Source: Octopus vulgaris (Eukaryota). Taken from it: DNA of 64,000 nucleotides. The first letter of the stretch is position 1; the number at the start of each line of letters is the position of its first letter. The stretch is taken from the NCBI GenBank assembly GCA_951406725.2, contig OX597818.1:35588001-35652000 (forward strand), written 5' to 3'. Shown here piece by piece: positions 55,895 to 64,000 of the stretch. The notes under the pieces were generated by a model. It was given only the letters and a program-made list of their open reading frames with translations, did not search any database and had not been told where the DNA came from. A program made the translations under genes and the position numbers.

Positions 55895-56600
55895 GTAGAG
55901 GTTTATTAGCGGGCAAGAGCGATGACAATCACAGAGAGATATTTATCATCGACAAGATCACACTGGCTGCTCTGGTCCAGAAGACTTTGTGGCAGTGACC
56001 ATGGAAAACTTCCAGAAATCCTCGGCCTGGCAGTGCTACCGGGGACCATTGCCGGTTCAGGATAAACTCTAGAGGCATGGAAGTGCCATCAGTCGAGCTT
56101 ACTGAAATGCGCATTGAACGATGAAACTGTTCTGCATGTATTCGTCCAGTGCCCGAGCATTTATGACATGTGGGTTTAAGTCGAACATGTAGGGCATGTG
56201 GGTTTAGGCCTCATGTTGGTCAGAACAGACTATCGACTGAGTCCTTTGTGAAGATCGTTCCGCCTCCTTATTTTCGCCGGGAAATATTTATTTGTCTGAT
56301 GATCTTAGCGAATGAAGTTGTGGTGGTCCAGATTGGAAGTGCTGAAGACGGACACTTTCTTCGTTGGTATAACCCCCATCAACGTTTTGAAATTTCACTT
56401 GTAAAGGAAGGTAAGGGTGAAGAAGAAAATGCTGCCGTCCATCAATTTTGTTGAAAGGCGGGTGAAAGTGGAAAGAATGGCCAGAGTAAACCAGACCTAC
56501 TCCAAGCATGCACCTGTTGATTGAAGCAAGAAGATGAGAAAAAGGCACTGGCCCTAGTGGTCAGGGTGACTGCAGTTTGTGGAATTTCCACGAGCATCAC
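55895..56600 (+). mobile_element. 3' fragment of an L1/Tx1-clade LINE (C-terminal CCHC zinc knuckle)
   Basis: WQCYRGPLPVQDKL (~56028) and KCALNDETVLHVFVQCP (~56105), matching the C..C....ET..H....C motif. Confidence 0.7.
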
Positions 56601-56646
56601 TAGAAAGTCTCCCTGTTATGGGGAATTATTCATTTTCAGAATTCAT

Positions 56647-56850
56647 TGGGTGGTCCCATAAATAATGCGGGTTTTGTTGTACATCTTTTCAAAATTAAGA
56701 TAAAGTTCTTTTTTAATCTAAAATATACTCTCCTTCATTTTCTACAATGCTCTTCCATCTATCTTCTAGACTTTTAAGACTCCTCTTCAAAAATTCACTT
56801 GACCGTCACGAGAAATACTCCTCCAGTACTGTTCTGATCTAGTCTACAGA
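56647..56850 (-). mobile_element. Mariner 3' fragment with TIR
   Basis: The minus frame reads VLEEYFS*RSSEFLKRSLKSLEDRWKSIVENEGEYILD* (mariner C-terminus); TIR-like TTGGGTGGTCCCATAAATAATGCG. Confidence 0.75.
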
Positions 56851-56937
56851 AGCGTTCTCTTCTTCATCTTAATAGTTTTCATATTCCAAAATACTCGCAA
56901 TTTAAAATTTTAAGGGTCTGTATTGACTATTGAAAGA

Positions 56938-56974
56938 CTATTGAAAAGGTTGCAAGACGCAACGAAAATTTTAG
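56938..56974 (+). ncRNA. Hammerhead-like variant (U3/A8 core)
   Basis: CUA UUGAAAA gGUUGC-aagac-GCAAC GAAA AU UU UAG. Confidence 0.4.
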
Positions 56975-57159
56975 GAAAATAAAAATAAGAAACAAGTGGA
57001 AATTTTACCGGTAAGTGTGTTAACTTATAAGGCACAAAAACAAAATGACTCTTCCCAAACACAACAGTGTATTTTAAAATGTTTTCGTTTTCTTTCATCA
57101 CGTATCAATTACAGGGATATATACTCACACGCATACACGCATAATATATACATACATAC

Positions 57160-57783
57160 AGGCGGGGCTGTGTTGAGAAATTTGCTCTCAACCACATGGT
57201 TCTGTGTTCAGTCTCAGACACCTTGGGCAAGTATCTTCTACTATAGAGTCGGGCCGACCAAAGCCTTTTGAGTGGAGTTGGAAGAGAGAAACTGAAAACA
57301 GGTCATTGTATACACACACACACACACACCACACACCACAGACACACACACACACACACATACAAACACACACACACACAAATTTATATATTTGTGTTAT
57401 CATTATCATTGTTATATAGGCGTAGGAGTGGCTGTGTGGTAAGTAGCTTGCTTACGAACCACATGGTTCCGGGTTTAGTCCCATTGCGTGGCACCTTGGG
57501 CAAAGTGTCTTCTACTATAGCCTCGGGCCGACCAAAGCCTTGTGAGTGCATTTGGTAGACGGAAACTGAAAGAAGCCCGTCGTATATATGTATATATAAA
57601 TGTGTGTATATGTGTGTCTGATGTGTTTACGTCCCCCGTAACTTAGCGGTTCGGCAAAAGAGACCGATAGAATAAGTACTAGGTTTACAAAGAATAAGTC
57701 CTGGGGTCAATTTGCTCGACTAAAGACGGTGCTCCAGCATGGCCACAGTCAAATGACTGAAACAAGTAATAGAGTAAAAGAGA
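57160..57783 (+). mobile_element. SINE family A: 5' half plus a full copy (57419-57783)
   Basis: GGCGTAGGAGTGGCTGTGTGGTAAGTAGC head and the full tail. Confidence 0.9.
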
Positions 57784-58454
57784 TAGGCTTGCACATTCGC
57801 GAGTGTTTTATGCTTATGTAAACTTGTGGGAAACATCTGTAATATTCTCTATAATTTCTTCTCTCTTCACCTTCATCTTTCATAAATTTTCAATTCCAAG
57901 TTTGCTTTTACTGCGCGCATATTTAATCTCTTCTCATATGTAATCTCTAATCATGGCCAGTGTATATTTCTTTTCACTTCCTCTGAAGTGAAATGATACT
58001 TCTTGATTATTCTAGGCAACGCATAAAAGCGTATATCAAGTGCAAATTTATTGATCGAGAGACCTATATACGCAGCACAAAATAATTAGAATTATACTGA
58101 CGTTGTGTGGGTGTGTGGGTGTGTCCCTGTGTGTGTCTGTGTGTGTGCATGTGTATGTGCATACACTTGTATATGCGTGTGTAGATTTGTGCGTGCGCGC
58201 ACATGTATTTGTGTTTATATAAACACAGAGACAATAAACAATTTGTTTTTAGTAAAATTCATCGTACAAAAGACCGGCTTGGTTTCTAAGCAATCTTCTC
58301 TGACATACTTGTAAATAGATGTTGCATTCTGGGACATATTTTTCCCGCTTTCTTTATCAATATTCGATGACTGAAAAGAAATGTTGTCCGATTTGGAGAT
58401 GCTACGATCCATGTGTGTAATAATTTTATCTATTTTATACCAGAAGCACATGTT

Positions 58455-58612
58455 TGACTATGTGCTACGAAGCTTGCTTCCCAACCACATTGTTCCTGTT
58501 TCAGTAACACTACGGGGAAACGTATGCGAATGTTTTCTGCTATAACGCCGGGCTGAGCAAGGCCTTGTGAGTGATATTTTATAGACAGAAACTGAAATAA
58601 ACCCGTCGTCTG
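58455..58612 (+). mobile_element. SINE family A, diverged 5' half
   Basis: AAGCTTGCTTCCCAACCACAT...GAAACTGAAATAAACCCGTCGT. Confidence 0.75.
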
Positions 58613-58699
58613 CGCGTATATATCACGTGACCGGTGTCCGGCCAGCCACGATCTTTCTTTCTTGGCCTGACTGTCGACCGCCAACACCTCTCATGTCCA

Positions 58700-59121
58700 T
58701 CTCCTATGTCCTGCCTTTAGGCTTTCACTTCATACATGCCAGCTCAATTAGATCTGTTCTCAGTCGAAAGACACCTGTTGTTACTTTCTTGTTGTTTGTA
58801 TTCGTAATTGTGTACCATGTTTTCCGTTTTTTGTCTTTTTGTGAACCATGTTCTCCGTTTTTTGTCTTTGTTGCCTTATACATTCGCTACCTTTTTTATA
58901 AGTGGGTCTAATACTCTTAGACTTTGGGTAGGGGACAACCAGATCGAACTGTCTCTAGTGTAACTGCCCGAAACTGTCGTGACTTCTGGTACTTGACTGA
59001 GGAAAGAAGGCCAGGAATGACCTGTATATTTTTGCCTGTCCTTCTAATTGTTGTTTCTCTTGTCCGCCTTGTATCGTATATCTGTCCGAATGGTTTATCG
59101 TCCTCTATTGCGTTTTTTTCC

Positions 59122-59123
<2 letters not shown>
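58700..59123. mobile_element. Second copy of the unclassified repeat at 26278-26668
   Basis: Colinear similarity. Confidence 0.85.
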
Positions 59124-59791
<668 letters not shown>

Positions 59792-59841
59792 GTATTTTTC
59801 CCGGCGTGCTAACGATTCTACCAGCTCGCTGCATTATTATT

Positions 59842-59904
<63 letters not shown>

Positions 59905-60112
59905 CCTTTCTACTGGGAGCACACGGCCTCAAATTGGGGGGAAGGGATTAAGTCGATTACATCGACCCCAGTGAGTAACTGGTACTTATTTAATCGATCT
60001 CAAAAGATAACAAACAAAATCGACCTCGGCGGAATTTGAACCCACAATGTAGCGGTAGATGAAATACTGCAAAGCATTTCGTCCAACGTGCTAACGACTC
60101 TGCCAGCTCGCC
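59905..60112 (-). mobile_element. SINE family B (plus a head fragment at 59795-59830)
   Basis: Reverse-complement consensus match. Confidence 0.88.
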
Positions 60113-60536
60113 ACATTAATAACAATAATAATAATGATGATGATGAGGAGGAGGAGGATGATGATAGTAAGAAAAATAATAAACAGAATAGTACAGAACA
60201 ATATAAGAACAAGAAGATTCGAAAAAAATATTGATTCAGGTCACTTTAACTGAAGCATATATATATATATATTAAATTCAAATTACGATGAAACGTAAAC
60301 AAACAAACGAAGTTTGCTTTAGAAGCGTTGAGATGTCTTAGAAAGTTAAAGAAGTGATTTTAAATTCTCAAACGCAGGTTAAGGCTAATAATATAGCCTG
60401 AACAGGATAAGCTACCCCTATTTTGCAGGAAAAAGTGTTGGCGGGCCGGCTATGAGACTCGAACTCGCACCTCCGTGATTACGCGTCGTGGTGGTAGAAA
60501 AGTGTTGTACATACATACATACACACACACATGCGC

Positions 60537-60627
<91 letters not shown>

Positions 60628-60630
<3 letters not shown>

Positions 60631-60766
60631 CTTAGCGGTTCGGCAAAAGAGACCTAGGCTTAAAAAGAATAAGTCCTGGGGTCGATTTGCTCTACTAAAG
60701 GTGGTGCTCCAGCATGGCCGCAGTCAAATGACTGAAACAAGTAAATGAGAGAAAAGAGTAAAGAGT
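60628..60766 (+). mobile_element. SINE family A, 3' part
   Basis: Consensus match. Confidence 0.85.
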
Positions 60767-61084
60767 ATATAAGTTATTATAAACAGCCTGGCGCAATGTG
60801 ATACTATAAAGAAAACCTTCAATCGTCGAGAAGTGTGACTAAGGATGCCAAAAACACCTACATTACTAAAAAAACGAGTTGAAATACCCTTAAAGTGCGC
60901 AAATATATACATATACTGACAGGAGAGGTAACCACCCCATGACCGTCTCGGGGATCAACCTGACGAGGCGTAGCTTCACACACTCACGCATAAACACAAA
61001 CACACGCGCGATAGCACACACATAAACACAGACACGCATAGACACACAAAAACACACACAAACACACACACACAGACACACACG

Positions 61085-61131
<47 letters not shown>

Positions 61132-61195
61132 ATGTAAACCATAGATATGACAAATTTAACTATTTCTACGTATATTGAAAAAAAAAATGAGCAGG

Positions 61196-61236
61196 CTCCG
61201 TCAAGTTTCGAACCCTATGAGGTACTCATCAGGGGT
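61196..61236 (-). ncRNA. Degenerate minimal hammerhead motif
   Basis: accC-UGAUGA GuACC-ucauag-GGUuC GAAA CUUG AC GGAG; the U of the UH site is replaced by A, so probably inactive. Confidence 0.5.
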
Positions 61237-61356
61237 ATCTACATCCTTTGATCTGTCCCGGAGAAATAAGCAGCCGCTCTGTTTATATACTCAACAAACT
61301 GAATACTTAAGATAACTGGAGCTACTAAGTCGCAAAGCATAATAATATACACATTA

Positions 61357-61921
61357 TAGGTTGTCCGGAAAGTTCGTGCCGACTTTTAGAGGAAAGAAAA
61401 AGGTCAATAAATACTTGCCATTACATTTTTAATCAACCAAATATGAACAATTTTCTTGCACAATGCGTCTCCATCTTTCCTTTAACTTGAAAATACCCTC
61501 TTACCAGAATTGTGGTGGCTTCATGGCAAAGAATTCATCAAGGTATCTTTTAACGTCATCCAAGGAATTGAAATTTTTATCATTAAGACTATTCTGTAGA
61601 GACCTGGATAAGTGGAAATCCGAAGGAGCAATATCTGGTGAATATGGAGGATGAGGTAACATATCCCAGCCGAGCTGCAGCAATTTTTGTCTGGTTTCCA
61701 AAGCATCAAGTGCTGAAATGAACTTTCTTATCTTCCATTTTAAAGGGTTACAGAATTAACACAGGTTATAGGAACATAAACTTTCTTCCACAAAAAGATA
61801 GCTTAAACTGGGCTCTAAATGGAGGTGTAGTCAAATCGTATTTTATGGACTCAACCATGTTCTAAAATAAGTCGAAATATAAGCTACTATAAAATCGGCA
61901 CGAACTTTCCGGACAACCCAA
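61357..61921 (-). mobile_element. Internally deleted mariner transposon with both TIRs
   Basis: TIR GGTTGTCCGGAAAGTTCGTGCCGA at both ends, flanked by TA; encodes LGWDMLPHPPYSPDIAPSDFHL (YSPDLAPxD motif) through the C-terminus. Confidence 0.93.
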
Positions 61922-62734
61922 TATATGTACACACAAGCATACAGCTCGCGCGTAAATGTGTATATGTGTATGTATTTGTATGTAGGTTGTATGTTAGGAG
62001 GATCATTTTTTGTCCTAATAAATTCACACGCGCTGGTTCTATTTCACTTATATTCCTTATGATGATGTGTTTGCTTTCTTAGGAAAACTACCTTTCTAAC
62101 ATCTGTTTTAACACAGATTTCTCATCAGGGTTCTTGTAAAACAAATACAAAAATGATGCACGCACACACACACATATATATATATATATACACACACAAA
62201 ACACACTGGTATACACACACACACACACATATACATACACACACATATATATATATATATATACATATATAATGTAGTATATGCATACTATAATATTATT
62301 ATATTGCCAGTCTGAATCATCGTAAGTTTTATCAGATCAAAGCTTCTTTAAATAATAAATATATTGAACTATATGATACTGAGTAAAAGATGTTTAAAGA
62401 AGGAAAAAGAATTTGTGTATACATAATGCGTGAGATAACAAACGAAACTGGTCTTTGTATGATGTCATCAGCGTGCGAGACAGGTGTTTCTGCGTCATCA
62501 GGCTTCGTCGACCATAGGTTACTAAGTCCGCCGTTCACTGCCCACTATTAATTGCCACCTCTCTCTCCTCTCTCTCCTGTCCCTCCTCTTTTTCCTCTCT
62601 CACCTCTCTCTCTCTCTCTGTCATTCTCTCTTTGTATATAGAACAAAAAGAACAAAACAAACGGAAACCAACAAAACACAACATGCGAAATAGACGATAA
62701 CACGGCAAACGGCAGACAGGATAAAAACAAGATG

Positions 62735-62862
62735 CACGGTTCATTCTCAGCCGATTTCCTCATCAGTCGGAGTCCGGAGAGTCCTTGCAGTTTCATCCCT
62801 TTATCTACGATACTACTTGAATCTGGCGGGTGCCAGGGACTTAAGCTAAATGCATTAAACCT
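62735..62862 (-). other. Possible exon of a host gene (unverified)
   Basis: Strong polypyrimidine acceptor TTTTTGTTTCTGTTCCTGCTTTCCCAG, followed by a GC-richer stretch open in one frame only (RFNAFSLSPWHPPDSSSIVDKGMKLQGLSGLRLMRKSAENEP); no clear donor site. Confidence 0.3.
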
Positions 62863-63126
62863 CTGGGAAAGCAGGAACAGAAACAAAAACGAGAAAGCTA
62901 GAATTATACAGGTACAACAGATTGCTTTTCAGCAATATAGTAGAAGAGAAAAATTTTTGTACAAATAAGAATAAAATAAGTAAATAAAAGAAAGGGTCTT
63001 TCGACTATCAGGCGAACGTAACCTTATGAAATAATAACGCAATGGACAAATGCTTTTCGCATATACAGCAAAAGGAAACTAATTGTACAATTGCAACATA
63101 AATAAATAACAAAAAATATATTTCGA

Positions 63127-63484
63127 CTAGCAGTATCGCCCGGCGTTGCTCAGGTTTGTAAGGGAAATAACTATAAAGCATTTTTAGAGAGTTATAGCCA
63201 AAAAATAGCAAAAAAATGGAAAGTTAAAAAAGGTGGAGTTGCGTCCCCTAGACGGTCTGTGGTTTGGGTTTCTGATTCTCGACCCCATGTCGAATTTATC
63301 GATTTTTTTTCAGAACTGGGGGAACTTTTCAAAATTTTCGCTGCGTTAGTTTTAAATTATGACATTGGGCTATGCGTGTGTCAAGTTTCATCAGAATCGG
63401 TTGAAAGCCGTGGTCAGAGTGAGGGTACGAGAAAACAGACACACAGAAAACGCACAGACAAACTGCCGTTTATATATAGAGAGA
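63127..63484 (-). mobile_element. Non-autonomous Helitron
   Basis: Minus strand: A|TCTCTCTATATATAAA ... CCTGAGCAACGCCGGGCGATACTGCTAG|T; the last ~95 bp match the 40495 copy. Confidence 0.85.
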
Positions 63485-63654
63485 TTATGCGACGAGCATA
63501 GTAATCTGGCGCAAAGGAAAAGTAGAAAAAGTTAACAGACTATATATACACGCATATATATATGCATATGTATGTGTATGTATATCTATCAGTCTATCTA
63601 TTTGTGCGTGTATATGTGCATATACATATATATATATAATTGTTTGAGTAAAAC

Positions 63655-63717
63655 TTTTCAAAGCGGTGCCCCCAGCATGGTAGCAGTCGAATGACTGAAT
63701 CAAGTAAAAGAATAAAA

Positions 63718-63765
<48 letters not shown>

Positions 63766-63975
63766 ATGTGTGTGTGCATGTGTGTGCGTGTGTGTGTATG
63801 TGTGTGTGTGTACATATATGTATGATACACATATATGTATAATTCTTTCACACAAGCTGTTCAACGTATAGACTTCTCCATTTCCAACATTTTAAAATCC
63901 AATATTTATTCTACCAGTCTTTGCCGAACCGCGCTACAAGCCATCACTGGTTGTCAAGTAGCATGGGGACAAACG
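63655..63975. mobile_element. Two family A tail fragments in opposite orientation
   Basis: GCGGTGCCCCAGCATGG (+, 63663) and TTTGCCGAACCGC...GGTTGTCAAG (-, 63920). Confidence 0.7.
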
Positions 63976-64000
63976 CACGCACGCACACACAACATATATA

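Noticed and set aside
60440-60490. tRNA-like fragment on the minus strand (GAGTTCGAGTCTC)
   Set aside because: Only a T-arm-like half is present, with no D-arm or acceptor stem; at most a SINE head remnant. SINE heads elsewhere were likewise not called tRNA genes.

Overview
AT-rich eukaryotic DNA saturated with microsatellites, with no convincing intact host gene. The repeat families and the density of (TA)n/(CA)n/(ATCT)n/(CATA)n point to an octopus/coleoid cephalopod intron or intergenic region (inference). Almost all listed ORFs are microsatellite artefacts. What is really present: about 25 copies or fragments of a tRNA-headed SINE with an internal microsatellite (family A), about 10 of a second SINE (family B), and a third SINE (family C, including a tandem trimer). 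There are also three non-autonomous Helitrons, three mariner derivatives, several MITEs, fragments of CR1/L2-like and L1/Tx1-like LINEs, and a decayed Penelope-like element (RT plus GIY-YIG). The most interesting signal is a set of minimal type I hammerhead-ribozyme motifs: CUGANGA, stem II, GAAA, palindromic stem III, UH, stem I. Clear cases are at about 4.6 and 48.4 kb, with variants at 10.4, 51.8, 56.9 and 61.2 kb. A two-copy, roughly 180-210 bp fold-back element (28.2 and 49.7 kb) carries a hammerhead motif on each arm, in opposite orientations, with arm-to-arm co-variation. All structures were read by eye; repeat boundaries are approximate.
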